Below, one piece after another: positions 18,511-28,200 of a DNA stretch of 64,000 nt. Below the pieces are notes generated by a model. It did not search any database, was not told the DNA's origin, and worked only from the letters and a program-made list of their open reading frames with translations. This DNA is from Candidatus Poribacteria bacterium (GTDB lineage Bacteria; Poribacteria; WGA-4E; WGA-3G): positions 1,856,001-1,920,000 of the forward strand of contig OZ251518.1 in NCBI GenBank assembly GCA_965242965.1. Direction: 5' to 3'. The translations under genes and the position numbers were made by a program. How positions within the stretch are numbered: position 1 is the stretch's first letter; each line of letters starts with the position of its first letter.

Positions 18511-18864
18511 ATGAAACTCAAAAACCTCGCGCGCGCCTTCCGCTGCGGCTTCCGCCTCAAATGTCCCAAATGCGAACGCGGTCCGCTGTTCCAAAGACGG
18601 TTTTCGATGTTCGCGCATTGTCCCGAATGCGGCATGAAAATTGAACGCGAGCCCGGCTATTTTGTCGGCGCGATGTATCTGAACTACGGCGCGACGGTGT
18701 GCATTGCCTTTCCGGGTTTCTTCCTGCTTGAGGTGTTCACTGCGATTCCGTTCGCAATCAATTTAGGCGGATGGGGCCTTTTCTCTGCGCTTTTCCCCGT
18801 GCTCTTCTATCGCTATTCCAGAAGTTTGTGGTTGAGTTTTGATTACATGTTCAATCCGAAATAA
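18511..18864 (+). CDS. DUF983-like zinc-ribbon membrane protein
   Basis: CPKC..G.LF...CPECG followed by two TM segments. Confidence 0.7.
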   Translation: MKLKNLARAFRCGFRLKCPKCERGPLFQRRFSMFAHCPECGMKIEREPGYFVGAMYLNYGATVCIAFPGFFLLEVFTAIPFAINLGGWGLFSALFPVLFYRYSRSLWLSFDYMFNPK

Positions 18865-18889
18865 AAACTTGACTCCCATCTCTTCCCCT

Positions 18890-19285
18890 GTAGGGCGAGG
18901 GTTTGTCTCTCGTCTTGTCCAAATCCCTCCTTTTGATCGGGCACTTGCGGGGGACAGGCCCCCGCACTACGAAAAAAGGAAATTTCCTTTCAAGCCGAAC
19001 CGCGCCCACGAACCGTAGGGCGAGGGCCTGTCCCTCGCCACACTTCCTTCCCCCGCACTACGAAAAAAGGAAATTTCCGTTCAACCCAAACCACGCCCCA
19101 CGAACCGTAGGGCGAGGGCCTGTCCCTCGCCACACTTCCTTGTAACAAAAAATATCCATAGGTTAAGGACGATGTCCGTTCAACCCAAATCGCGCCCGCG
19201 AAACGTAGGGCGAGGGCCTGTCCCTCGCCATGCCGTGCAGTCTGGAGCAGGATTTCCAAGATTTTCAAGATGAACAGGATTAGGC
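18890..19285. repeat. REP cluster
   Basis: GTAGGGCGAGGGCCTGTCCCTCGCC x3 with duplicated flanks. Confidence 0.85.
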
Positions 19286-19360
19286 GGTTTTATTGCGATA
19301 AAACGTCTCTTTGGATATGTAAGTCCTTAATGCCTATAGCACGCAGCGACGCGAAAATGT

Positions 19361-19389
19361 TTGACATTTCTCGCGTTTTTTGCTAAAAT
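19361..19389 (+). promoter_or_regulatory. sigma-70 promoter
   Basis: TTGACA-17 nt-TAAAAT with TG extension. Confidence 0.7.
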
Positions 19390-19472
19390 AAACTCAGTTG
19401 GGATTTTTCGAGAAAAACATATTCCGTTTGACGACGGTGGGGAATCTCACTGTCAATGAGGAGGATAAGTTA

Positions 19473-21227
19473 ATGAAAAAACGAATATTCGTCTGTTTTT
19501 TGATTTTTATAGTGTGTGTGTTTCACAACTCGCTGCCGGGCACTGTCTTTGGACAAAATGCGTCACTTGCCCAACGGGTGCTGGGAAAATACAGCGACAT
19601 ATTGCAGCGCGAGGACATTCAAGCGGTTCTCCCGGATGTCTTGGAGGGGATTAAGGCTCCAAACATTCAGGAACTCTTAAATCCGGTCCTCATCACTGCT
19701 GCTGTTGCGAATCCTGATTTATTAGCACTTGTAGGAGTTGAGCAGCGTTTCATCAACCTGCTGAAAACGGATGCCGAACTCCGAGCGATGCTTGGCGATG
19801 CGCAAGTGCAAGCTTTGCTGCAGAATACCGCCGCAATCGACGAGCTCGCAACTTTGCTGAGAGTCGTTGAACCCCCGGTGGTTCGGCAGTCTTCGCTCGC
19901 TCAGCAGGTGTTTGAAAAATATAGCGCAACGCTCCTGCGAGCCGATATCCAAGCTGTTCTCCCGGAGGTTTTAACTGGTATTAAAGCACCGGAGATTCAA
20001 GCACAATTGAATCCGACTATCATCCGTGCTGCTATCGCGAGCCCAGATCTTTTAGCATTGATTGGAGTTGAGCAACGTTTCATCAACCTGCTAAAAACGA
20101 ATGTGCAACTCCAGACAATGCTCAGTGACGCGCAAGTTCAGGCGTTGCTACTGGAGCCAACGGCAATCGACGAACTCGCCGCTTTGGTGAAGGCTCCCAG
20201 ACCAGGGGCAACCGCCGGCCCGCTAGGATATCCGAGAGGTGCTGTCATCATTAGCGAAATCATGTTTGATTCGGGAGGTGGCACGCTGCCCCAGTGGATA
20301 GAACTCTATAACCCGTCCAGAACCGAGGCACGCAACCTGAGTGGCTGGACGTTGGAGATTCAGAACGTCAATTCTGCGGACTTGGTCGGCAGACTCAACG
20401 TCGCGCTGACACTGCAGGAAAAGGTGATACAGCCGAATCAGACGCTGCTGATTGTTGCGGGCAATACCCGCGCCGCGTCAGCCGGGATGTTCCCGGCGCG
20501 CCGCGTCTATAACTTGCTGGCTCTGCATCAGCAGAACCTGCGCATCAACACACCGAGCGATACGTTCTTGAGTGCGGTAGGCTTCCACCTGAAGTTATCC
20601 GATCGAAACGGGCGACTTGTTGACGAAGTGGGGAACACGGATGGAAATTGGCGCACCAATGACATCCCTGCCTGGGACTTTCCATGGAGTCCGTGGTGGA
20701 AGACTCGCAGTTCACTCATCCGCCGTTATGACAATGGCGTTGCGCTGGATGGAACGACGCGTTCAAGTTGGGCATTGGCTGCGAATATCAATAAGATTGT
20801 TGAAGACACACTTTATTACGGTCACAGAGTTGACATCGGTACACCGGGGTATCGGCACAGTGTGTTGCCGGTGGATTTGTCAAGTTTCACAGTCACTCGC
20901 AACGACAACGGTGCTGTTGTCGTCACTTGGATAACCGAGTCCGAGGTAGACAACGCCGGGTTCAATCTGCGTCGTAGTGAAAAACGCAACAGCGATTTCA
21001 CTCTGCTGAATCCTGCGTTGATTGCAGGTGCTGGCACTACAGGCGAACTTCAAACTTACACGTTCACCGATACGTCGGCGAAGCCCGGTGTTGCGTATTA
21101 CTATCAGATTGAGGAAATCTCGTTTGATGGGGAGCGAGAAACATTGGCGACGCGGCGGTTGCGCGGTCCCGTATCTGCTGTGAATCGGCAGTTGACGACG
21201 TTGGGGGCAGTTAAGCAGCGGAAATAG
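19473..21227 (+). CDS. Secreted protein with two ~110-aa helical repeats, an LTD and a C-terminal Ig-like domain
   Basis: GAGGAGG RBS; MKKRIF signal peptide; duplicated SLAQ.V..KYS..L.R.DIQAVLP; IISEIM...PQWIELYN; LPVDLSSF...WITESEVDNAGFN. Confidence 0.8.
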   Translation: MKKRIFVCFLIFIVCVFHNSLPGTVFGQNASLAQRVLGKYSDILQREDIQAVLPDVLEGIKAPNIQELLNPVLITAAVANPDLLALVGVEQRFINLLKTDAELRAMLGDAQVQALLQNTAAIDELATLLRVVEPPVVRQSSLAQQVFEKYSATLLRADIQAVLPEVLTGIKAPEIQAQLNPTIIRAAIASPDLLALIGVEQRFINLLKTNVQLQTMLSDAQVQALLLEPTAIDELAALVKAPRPGATAGPLGYPRGAVIISEIMFDSGGGTLPQWIELYNPSRTEARNLSGWTLEIQNVNSADLVGRLNVALTLQEKVIQPNQTLLIVAGNTRAASAGMFPARRVYNLLALHQQNLRINTPSDTFLSAVGFHLKLSDRNGRLVDEVGNTDGNWRTNDIPAWDFPWSPWWKTRSSLIRRYDNGVALDGTTRSSWALAANINKIVEDTLYYGHRVDIGTPGYRHSVLPVDLSSFTVTRNDNGAVVVTWITESEVDNAGFNLRRSEKRNSDFTLLNPALIAGAGTTGELQTYTFTDTSAKPGVAYYYQIEEISFDGERETLATRRLRGPVSAVNRQLTTLGAVKQRK

Positions 21228-21239
21228 CACCTTCCATAC

Positions 21240-21555
21240 CGGAGGGCGAGGGCCTGTCCCTCGCCATGCATCGTTCGTGACAGAAAACGTCCGCGGCCGC
21301 TAGGTTACGGACGTTTTTCGTTTCGTTTGAGGGTTTGCGGGGGACAGGCCCCCGCACTACGCGCTCGGGAGCAGGTGCTCCCGAACTACAGTCTCCTCAA
21401 GGTTCGCGGGGGACAGGCCCCCGCGCTACGCGCACTAAAACGTCTTCAAACCGTAGGGCGAGGGCCTGTCCCTCGCCGTGCCACTTGGAAAACGCAGTCT
21501 TCAGAAACTAATAATCCTGAAAATCTTGTGAATCTTGTGAATCCTGATTCAGACA
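21240..21555. repeat. REP cluster between convergent genes
   Basis: Several GTAG-type palindromes plus an AATCCTG-type unit. Confidence 0.8.
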
Positions 21556-21564
21556 AAGGACGAA

Positions 21565-22317
21565 TTACCGCGTAAAAATCTGCCCGCGCACATAAGATGC
21601 TTCATCTGAAGCGAGGAACGTCAAAATACGCGCCACTCCCGCCGGTTCTCCAAGCGAATTGCGCGCGTTCGCTACCGCCACATCGGCATCTTGTCCAGCG
21701 CGCCGAGCAGATTCAGCGATTTGCCCTAACTTCAGCGGTGTCGCAAGTCCACCCGGACAAATCGTATGCATGCGAATATTCAGGGGAGCGACTTGGTTTT
21801 CTACCGTCATCACTAGTCCGTTGACTCCGCCTTTGCTAGACGCATACGCAACCGAGGAACTGCCTCCCCGAACACCCGCACCGGAAGCGATACAGAGAAT
21901 AACGCCGCCTCTCCGCTTCTCCATAGCAGGGACAGCGTGTTTCACGGCATAAAACGTGCCTTTGAGGTTGACATCAATTACCGAGTCAAAAGTCGCGGCT
22001 TTAAAATCGTCAATGCGGAGACTTGCACCGCGCAGGATACCCGCCGCGGTTACCAATACGTCAACGCCGCCAAATTCGCGTTCAGCCGTGCCGATGAGTG
22101 CCGCTACCTCCGATTCCACGGTAACCTCGGTGCGTTGGAATGTGGCGATGCCTCCGTTGTCAAGAATCGTCTTGAGCGTCTTTTGGGCATCCTCTTCGTT
22201 AATATCGCCGAAGACGACATTCGCGCCAGCGGCGGCATAAGCAATCGCCGTCGCCGCGCCGATGCCTGTCGCTCCGCCGGTAATTACAGCAACCTTGCCT
22301 TTGAGTTGAATCTGCAC
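21565..22317 (-). CDS. Short-chain dehydrogenase/reductase
   Basis: TGGATGIG; YASSK catalytic motif. Confidence 0.9.
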   Translation of the reverse strand: MQIQLKGKVAVITGGATGIGAATAIAYAAAGANVVFGDINEEDAQKTLKTILDNGGIATFQRTEVTVESEVAALIGTAEREFGGVDVLVTAAGILRGASLRIDDFKAATFDSVIDVNLKGTFYAVKHAVPAMEKRRGGVILCIASGAGVRGGSSSVAYASSKGGVNGLVMTVENQVAPLNIRMHTICPGGLATPLKLGQIAESARRAGQDADVAVANARNSLGEPAGVARILTFLASDEASYVRGQIFTR

Positions 22318-23111
22318 TATTTCTCTCCCTTAAGACTGAAACGATACGGGATGCGGATGCGCTGGCTGATGGCAAATTCGGCTTGCGTCGCCGGCACGAA
22401 TTGCGATGCTTTGAGAGCCTGCACCGCCGCCGCTACACATCCCAATCCGTTCACTCCAACAACTTCTAGCACCTGAATGTCTCGCGCTTTTCCATCTACG
22501 CCGATTGTCGCTTCAAGGAGCACTGTCCCCTGTATATGCACAGCACGGGCGGCTTCAGGGTATCTCGGTTCAACTTTGTGGGAGAACTGCGCGTTTTGTA
22601 TCGGTGCCAGCAGACGCGCCGGGTCCAACGGAAATTCGGCGACTTCCGGACTCGCGGCGATGGCTGATGTCGTGAAGGTGGGACGCGCTGTCCGTTTCGG
22701 CGTGAAGCGTGCCGGCGGCGAACTGACCGGTGTAATCGTAGGTGCCGCCGGATAATTTTCGCTTCTGCCACTGGGATACGAAACGAAAGAGCCGTAACCG
22801 GCGAGTGGTTCTGTCGCGATGCCAGTGAAAACCGGTGCCGTATCTACGCGCAACCTCGGCACCTGGATGACAGGCTCCATTCTCTGGATGTGCGGCACCT
22901 GGAGACGCTGCTTCAAGTCTGTCCGCGGTTCCTTATCAATATGCCTACGAGGCATCGTCTTGGGCAGCGTGATAAACTCTGCAACAAAGGCATCTTCGTG
23001 GCCCACCTCTGTCGTCCCAACGATAGACACCGCTGCGATGGTAACGCCTATCAGGTGAAGGCAGATAGACAGCAGGAGCGATTTGTTCAGAAATTGGATG
23101 ACGCTGTTCAT
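22317..23111 (-). CDS. TonB family energy transducer
   Basis: N-terminal TM with S...H (LSICLHL); Pro-rich linker; PRYPEAAR...GTVLLEATIGVDGKA...F.PA. Confidence 0.8.
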   Translation of the reverse strand: MNSVIQFLNKSLLLSICLHLIGVTIAAVSIVGTTEVGHEDAFVAEFITLPKTMPRRHIDKEPRTDLKQRLQVPHIQRMEPVIQVPRLRVDTAPVFTGIATEPLAGYGSFVSYPSGRSENYPAAPTITPVSSPPARFTPKRTARPTFTTSAIAASPEVAEFPLDPARLLAPIQNAQFSHKVEPRYPEAARAVHIQGTVLLEATIGVDGKARDIQVLEVVGVNGLGCVAAAVQALKASQFVPATQAEFAISQRIRIPYRFSLKGEK

Positions 23112-23293
23112 AATTTAAACACCTACACGTTTACAGATTTTTGTTGTTCGCGAGGCATTCGCTTAGGGTTATTGGTGCGAGAGCCTCTGTCTGCGTAGTT
23201 CGTCAAGGGCTGACACTAGCTGCCAGTCGTTTGACGTTGTCGATGACTACAAATCGGCGATGCTCGCGCTTGCGAGCCGTTTTAAGTATTGAT

Positions 23294-23310
23294 AGCAAAT
23301 TCTATGCCAA
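23294..23310 (-). promoter_or_regulatory. sigma-54-type promoter for the TonB-SDR unit
   Basis: Minus strand reads TTGGCATAGAATTTGCT (GG-N10-GC). Confidence 0.65.
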
Positions 23311-23334
23311 TCTATAGACAGCCGCCCTCCCCAG

Positions 23335-23707
23335 TAGGAGAGACCTCCCGGTCTCGATGCAATAGGGCGGTGCGCCTACCGGGGCCGCGGCGGCAGAAAG
23401 CCCCCCTGCACTACGAAAAAAACGTCTCTTAGGTCCGTAGGACCTTAATGTCTATAGTACTCGTTGACGTGAAGAGATTTAAGGTCCTTTAGGTCCTTAA
23501 TATGTTTTGCTGCGGCGCGTTTTCGTATTAAGGACCTAAAGGACCTTGACAACGTAACGACACGTTTTTCTATAGACATGTAGGTCCTAAAGGACCTAAG
23601 ACGCATCGTGATGATGGAGATCGCGGGGGACAGGCCCCCGCGCTACGGGAAGAATCAAGTCCCGGGGGCTCTCCTACCGGGCAAACATCAAGATATGAAA
23701 CACCCTC
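23335..23707. repeat. REP cluster including a ~170-bp AGGTCC/GGACCT palindrome
   Basis: taggtccgtaggaccttaatgtctatag ... ctatagacatgtaggtcctaaaggacctaa; ends in gatatgaaacaccctc. Confidence 0.8.
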
Positions 23708-23740
23708 AATAAACTAAATGCCTCTAAAAAAATAAAAAAC

Positions 23741-23769
23741 TTGCAATTTCCAAACGTTTGTGGTAAAAT
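23741..23769 (+). promoter_or_regulatory. sigma-70 promoter of the selenoprotein gene
   Basis: TTGCAA-17 nt-TAAAAT with TG extension. Confidence 0.65.
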
Positions 23770-23806
23770 TAAAGTAGTCAACACTCAAAAGAGGAGGATA
23801 AATCCA

Positions 23807-24037
23807 ATGGAAGTGAGAATTGAATACTGCTCCGCCTGAAACTACGAGCCGCGGGCAGCCAGTTTGGCTGATGCCCTGAAGCAGACGTACGGCGCGGAAG
23901 TGAAGACGGTAGACCTGGTTCCAGGCAGTGGTGGAGCCTTCGAGGTTTCGTTGAACGGAACGTTGCTCTATTCCAAACTGAAAACGGGGCAATTCCCGAC
24001 GACTGAGCAGATAACCACTGCGATTAACGGCGCGTAG
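23807..24037 (+). CDS. SelT/SelW/SelH (Rdx family) selenoprotein with CxxU motif, 76 aa
   Basis: GAGGAGG RBS; MEVRIEYCSA-TGA(23837-23839)-NYEPRAASLA...PGSGGAFEVSLNGTLLYSKLKTGQFP; not in the ORF track. Confidence 0.9.
23853..23876 (+). promoter_or_regulatory. Candidate bacterial SECIS hairpin
   Basis: GGGCAGCCA-GTT-TGGCTGATGCCC; loop G lies ~22 nt after the UGA. Confidence 0.65.
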
Positions 24038-24050
24038 CGTAATTCGCGCA

Positions 24051-24082
24051 CAGAAGCGCGCGGTATCACCGCGCGCTTTTGT
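24051..24082. terminator. Probable bidirectional intrinsic terminator
   Basis: AAGCGCGCGGT-ATC-ACCGCGCGCTT followed by TT, between convergent genes. Confidence 0.7.
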
Positions 24083-24943
24083 CTACTCTATCGCAATAAT
24101 CGCGATTTTCCACCGATTCGCTTGTTCAATGAGCGCGTCTGCATCCATGACAAAGGTGCGCCGTGCTTCAACTGCTAACACTCGCGCCTTCACGTCATGC
24201 AGCGTCTGTAACGTCTGCATGCCCACCGTCGGGACATCAACTCGGAAATCGTGATGTTCGGCGGCGGCTTTGGCGACGACAACGCCTTTTCCCCCCAAAG
24301 TTCCCCCTCTCCGAATCGCCTTATCTGTTCCCTCAATCGCTTCAACCGCAAGCACCATCTGATTTTTAACGACGACAGTTTGGCCGATATCCATGTTCGC
24401 CATATGTCTTGCTACGGTGATGCCGAAGTGGGCATCCTCTGCCTGGCGCGATGTCGGTTTGCGCGCCGTTAACACTCCCGGTTGCGCTAGGAGATGCCTG
24501 AGGAATTTATCTTGTGGAAGGACAGCAATGCCGGATGCTTCAAAATGCGCGAGGATTGCGGCAACGATTTTTCTGTCATACGCGTCAATGACAGCATTGC
24601 TAAAGCGTGCCTGTGCTAAAATCTTCAGCGTGGTGGCATCAACCTGGAAGGGACGGAGCAAAATGTTCTTTTCCACTTTGCCGATGATGACGATTTCGTG
24701 GACATCGGCATTGCGCAGTGTGCGGATGATTTTCTGAATCTGTCCAACGCCGAGCGTGTGGATTTCGGCGGGGAGTCCTGCAAATCGTCCTGCATCCGCT
24801 TCGGCAATTTGGATGATAACCGGTTGTCTGTCTTGGGCGATGGCGGCGTGTGCGAGTAGCACAGGCAATTCGCCCGCGCCGGCGATGATACCCAACTTTT
24901 TTTTATTTTTTAGTGGTGGTTTGACGTTGTCTTCCAAAATCAC
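24083..24943 (-). CDS. lpxI: UDP-2,3-diacylglucosamine diphosphatase LpxI family
   Basis: GIIAGAGELP, DIGQTVVV, AVEAIEGTD, DVPTVG; directly downstream of lpxA. Confidence 0.9.
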   Translation of the reverse strand: MILEDNVKPPLKNKKKLGIIAGAGELPVLLAHAAIAQDRQPVIIQIAEADAGRFAGLPAEIHTLGVGQIQKIIRTLRNADVHEIVIIGKVEKNILLRPFQVDATTLKILAQARFSNAVIDAYDRKIVAAILAHFEASGIAVLPQDKFLRHLLAQPGVLTARKPTSRQAEDAHFGITVARHMANMDIGQTVVVKNQMVLAVEAIEGTDKAIRRGGTLGGKGVVVAKAAAEHHDFRVDVPTVGMQTLQTLHDVKARVLAVEARRTFVMDADALIEQANRWKIAIIAIE

Positions 24944-25015
24944 TCCGCTTAATCCAAGGATATTCAGATTTCAGTTGTTGGGAAAACTGAATGCAGATGT
25001 CTTTAACCGATGTCT

Positions 25016-25834
25016 TTAACCGACGAGCGGCCGATTCGGATGGCTAAACCCAATGCCGCGCTTGGAGTTCTCAATAAACCGCAGCAGGTATTCTACCTCA
25101 GGGTTCGCCGCTATCTCCGCCCGCACTTTGGTGACAGCGTGCTGCAATGGGATACTGGAACGAAACAGAATACGAAAGGCTTTCTTCAACAAGGCGAGGG
25201 TTTCGGGGGGAAGTTGAGACAACGGATTGATTTGTGAGGTATGAATGCCGATGCGGTTTAAACTCCGCACGCGCGCCGGTTGTCCCGCGGAAAGTGCGAA
25301 AGGCGGGATATCTTGCACGATTTTTGAGAAGCCGCCCGCCATCGCCATCTTGCCGACGCGGACATATTGATGCAACGCCGCATGCGCGCCGAGCCGAACG
25401 TCGTCCTCAATTTCTACGTGCCCAGCCAGCGAGACAAAGTTCGCCATGATAGTGCGGCTGCCGACAACGGTATCGTGAGCGAGGTTCACCCAATTCATGA
25501 GTAGATTGTTATCGCCGATGAGCGTCACCCCCTCTTCAAAAGTAGATCTGGAAATGGAGACATACTCGCGGAGGATATTCCTGTCGCCGATTTTAACATA
25601 ACTCCGTTCCCCCTTATATTTCAAATCTTTGGAGGGATTTCCAATGGTTGCGCCAAAAAAGATGCGACAGTCCTCACCGATGGTAGTCCACTTGTCAATT
25701 TGAACATGCGGGCCAATCTCAGTGCCGCGCCCGATATGCGCATAGTCGCCGACAAGGCTGTAGGGGCCGATGCGGACACCTTCCTCCAAAGTCGCCTTCG
25801 GAGAGATTATCGCGGTTGGGTGAATGTTTGTCAT
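25016..25834 (-). CDS. lpxA: UDP-N-acetylglucosamine O-acyltransferase
   Basis: IHPTAII hexapeptide repeats; KDLKYKGE; AHD; LAGHV; QDIPPF. Confidence 0.95.
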   Translation of the reverse strand: MTNIHPTAIISPKATLEEGVRIGPYSLVGDYAHIGRGTEIGPHVQIDKWTTIGEDCRIFFGATIGNPSKDLKYKGERSYVKIGDRNILREYVSISRSTFEEGVTLIGDNNLLMNWVNLAHDTVVGSRTIMANFVSLAGHVEIEDDVRLGAHAALHQYVRVGKMAMAGGFSKIVQDIPPFALSAGQPARVRSLNRIGIHTSQINPLSQLPPETLALLKKAFRILFRSSIPLQHAVTKVRAEIAANPEVEYLLRFIENSKRGIGFSHPNRPLVG

Positions 25835-25848
25835 TTTTGTATTTCCTA

Positions 25849-27144
25849 TTAATTGGGCGCGAGGGCGATTGACAATTCCGCCTCCGTCGCGAGTGCATCG
25901 TCAACATACGCCTGTCCTTTGATGCGCGCCAGCGTGCTACGACGCTGGACAACTTCGATCTCCAAGCGGAGCTGGTCCCCCGGTACAACCGCTCTCCGAA
26001 ACGTCGCCTTACTGATAGTGCGGAAGTACCCGAGCTGCCCCTCCTTGCCGATTTCCTGCAGCACCAGCCACGCCGCCAATTGTGCCAATGCCTCGACTTG
26101 CAACACCCCCGGCATGACAGGTTGCGCGGGGAAATGTCCTTCAAACACCCGCTCGTTATACGTCACGTTTTTGATGCCGATGGCGTATTTGCCGTTCTCA
26201 TACTCAAGCACTCTGTCCACGAGACACATCGGGTGCCGGTGCGGTAGAATGCGGTAAATCTCCTTCACATCGACTGGCTGTTGCGCTGTCTTGAGGAGCC
26301 CCTTCTCGGCGAGCGTCTGCACAAATTTCGCGTGGAACGTGTGCCCAGTGCGCATCGCGATGACGTGCGTCTTCTTAAAAATGTGCGGTAGACACCCCGC
26401 CAGGCAAAGATCTCCAACGAGATCGAGGATTTTATGGCGCACAAACTCGTCTGGAAAGCGCAGCGGCGTGCTCGGCGCGCCATCGGTGCCAATAACGACG
26501 ACATTCTCATAACTCGCACCTTTCCCTATGCCGAGGGACTGCAGTGCAGCTATCTCACTCTCAAAACAGAAACTCCGTGCCGGCGCGATGTCACGGAGAT
26601 AAGCCTCCGGTGTGATTTGCAACGTGACGATTTGCGGTGCGGTTTGCGGATGCGCGTAAACGAACGTCACCTGCAACGCATCCGCCGGGTGCAACACGAG
26701 CTGCCGTTCTCCTTCTGAAAAGGCGAACGCATCCGAAAGTTCTATGGCGCGGCGTTCAGCATTTTCTTGCGCTACCACACCGACGCGCTGGATTTCCTCG
26801 GCGTATGGCAACGCACTCCCGTCAAGCGCGGGCGGCTCAACGGCATCAAGTTCCACCACCGCATTGTCTACACCGAGGCATCCCAATGCGGAGAGAATGT
26901 GCTCAACGCTACTGACTGTTGTTTCCCCACTGCGCAAACTGGTGCAGCGCGGGAGGATGTCTGCCCAGTTTTCTGGACACACCTTGATTTCAGGGGCCCC
27001 TGCGATGTCCACGCGCCGGAAGACGATACCGTGGTCTGCCGGTGCGGGGCTCACGCTCAATGTAACGGGCGAGCCAAGCATCAACCCCTCACCCGAAAAT
27101 GTGATTTCATTCTGAAGTGTCTGCTGTGAATCAGCCTTTGGCAT
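25849..27144 (-). CDS. lpxC: Bifunctional LpxC/FabZ
   Basis: VEHILSAL and HKILDLVGDL zinc ligands; C-terminal LPHRHP...GHFP..PVMPGVLQVEALAQ. Confidence 0.92.
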   Translation of the reverse strand: MPKADSQQTLQNEITFSGEGLMLGSPVTLSVSPAPADHGIVFRRVDIAGAPEIKVCPENWADILPRCTSLRSGETTVSSVEHILSALGCLGVDNAVVELDAVEPPALDGSALPYAEEIQRVGVVAQENAERRAIELSDAFAFSEGERQLVLHPADALQVTFVYAHPQTAPQIVTLQITPEAYLRDIAPARSFCFESEIAALQSLGIGKGASYENVVVIGTDGAPSTPLRFPDEFVRHKILDLVGDLCLAGCLPHIFKKTHVIAMRTGHTFHAKFVQTLAEKGLLKTAQQPVDVKEIYRILPHRHPMCLVDRVLEYENGKYAIGIKNVTYNERVFEGHFPAQPVMPGVLQVEALAQLAAWLVLQEIGKEGQLGYFRTISKATFRRAVVPGDQLRLEIEVVQRRSTLARIKGQAYVDDALATEAELSIALAPN

Positions 27145-27201
27145 TTGCTATGCAACCTTTCTTAACCGGTGGGCACGCTTCCACAGCGCGCCACCCATTT
27201 A

Positions 27202-27975
27202 TTAGATTTCTTTAATCGGCAATTCCAACGCCGCGCGGACGGTGCGGCGAATCTCTGTGCAGATGCGCACCGCTTCCTCAACATCATCCTTGTTCGCGAA
27301 GTAGCCGGGATAGCGGCCATCTACGGCATATTTGTCAAATGTCGCGACATCCTTTTCCCACGCCTGCCACGCCGGAATTGATGGCACAATCAGAGCCAGC
27401 AATTCTTTCAAATCGTGCGTCCGCGGCGAACGAAGATTCGCTTCCTGCAGCCACGCCTTGAGATATTTTTCAATGCACTGCTGCGCGTGGAAACAAATCG
27501 GATCAGAGACAGGCGTAGGTGATTGCTGAAGCCATTTTACAGCGGTATAATCGTCCTCAGCCTTCTGCACCAATTCCAATGTCAACGGGTTCACGAAACC
27601 TGTCTCATTCCATATCATCGGCACCGAGAATTTTTCGGCGAAAACTAGGTGCCCTGCTCCTTCGGTGGCATAAAGCACGTCGCCTTTTTCAAAGATGTCG
27701 CGCAGAAACCAGTCGTTGCGCGAGATACGATAGGCAATATCGTCCGGGGAACGAACGTGCAAATCAAGGCGGAACCGTTCGGGAATCCGCTTTTTAATGT
27801 CGCGTTCTTGCCGGCGCGTCTCCGAGCTCAGAACCGACATCACTACTAACAGATCGACATCCGAGTCCTTTGTCGGCGTGCCATACGCGTAGGAGCCGAA
27901 GAGGATAACTTGGAGCGGCGAAAATTCGCGCACGATGTCATCACACGTGGCTTGAATCGCTTTGAAGGGAATCAT
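27202..27975 (-). CDS. Fused minimal nucleotidyltransferase (MNT)-HEPN protein
   Basis: LFGSYAYG...DSDVDLLV; ICFHAQQCIEKYLKA...THDL...RYPG; AAGGAGG RBS before ATG 27975. Confidence 0.85.
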   Translation of the reverse strand: MIPFKAIQATCDDIVREFSPLQVILFGSYAYGTPTKDSDVDLLVVMSVLSSETRRQERDIKKRIPERFRLDLHVRSPDDIAYRISRNDWFLRDIFEKGDVLYATEGAGHLVFAEKFSVPMIWNETGFVNPLTLELVQKAEDDYTAVKWLQQSPTPVSDPICFHAQQCIEKYLKAWLQEANLRSPRTHDLKELLALIVPSIPAWQAWEKDVATFDKYAVDGRYPGYFANKDDVEEAVRICTEIRRTVRAALELPIKEI

Positions 27976-28200
27976 GAAGTCCGCCTCCTTGCAGTATAAC
28001 ATGAAAACGTGACAACTGTCAACTGCCTCATTCGGTTTTAATGAAATGCCTCTGGTAAGAGAGACATCCCTGGCGCGATGCAGTGACATTGACGTTCGCG
28101 GGGGACAGGCCCCCGCGCTACGGTGGGCCGATGCTTCTCTGTAGGAGAGACATTGACGTTCGCGGGGGACAGGCCCCCGCGCTACGGTGGCCTCGATGCC

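Noticed and set aside
23714-23992. 92-aa minus-strand ORF
   Set aside because: It is the antisense shadow of the selenoprotein gene
27976-28089. Upstream extensions given by the ORF track (also starts at 19398, 53558, 55897, 55704 and 57274)
   Set aside because: They run through promoters, REPs or the neighbouring gene; downstream ATGs have better RBS or promoter context
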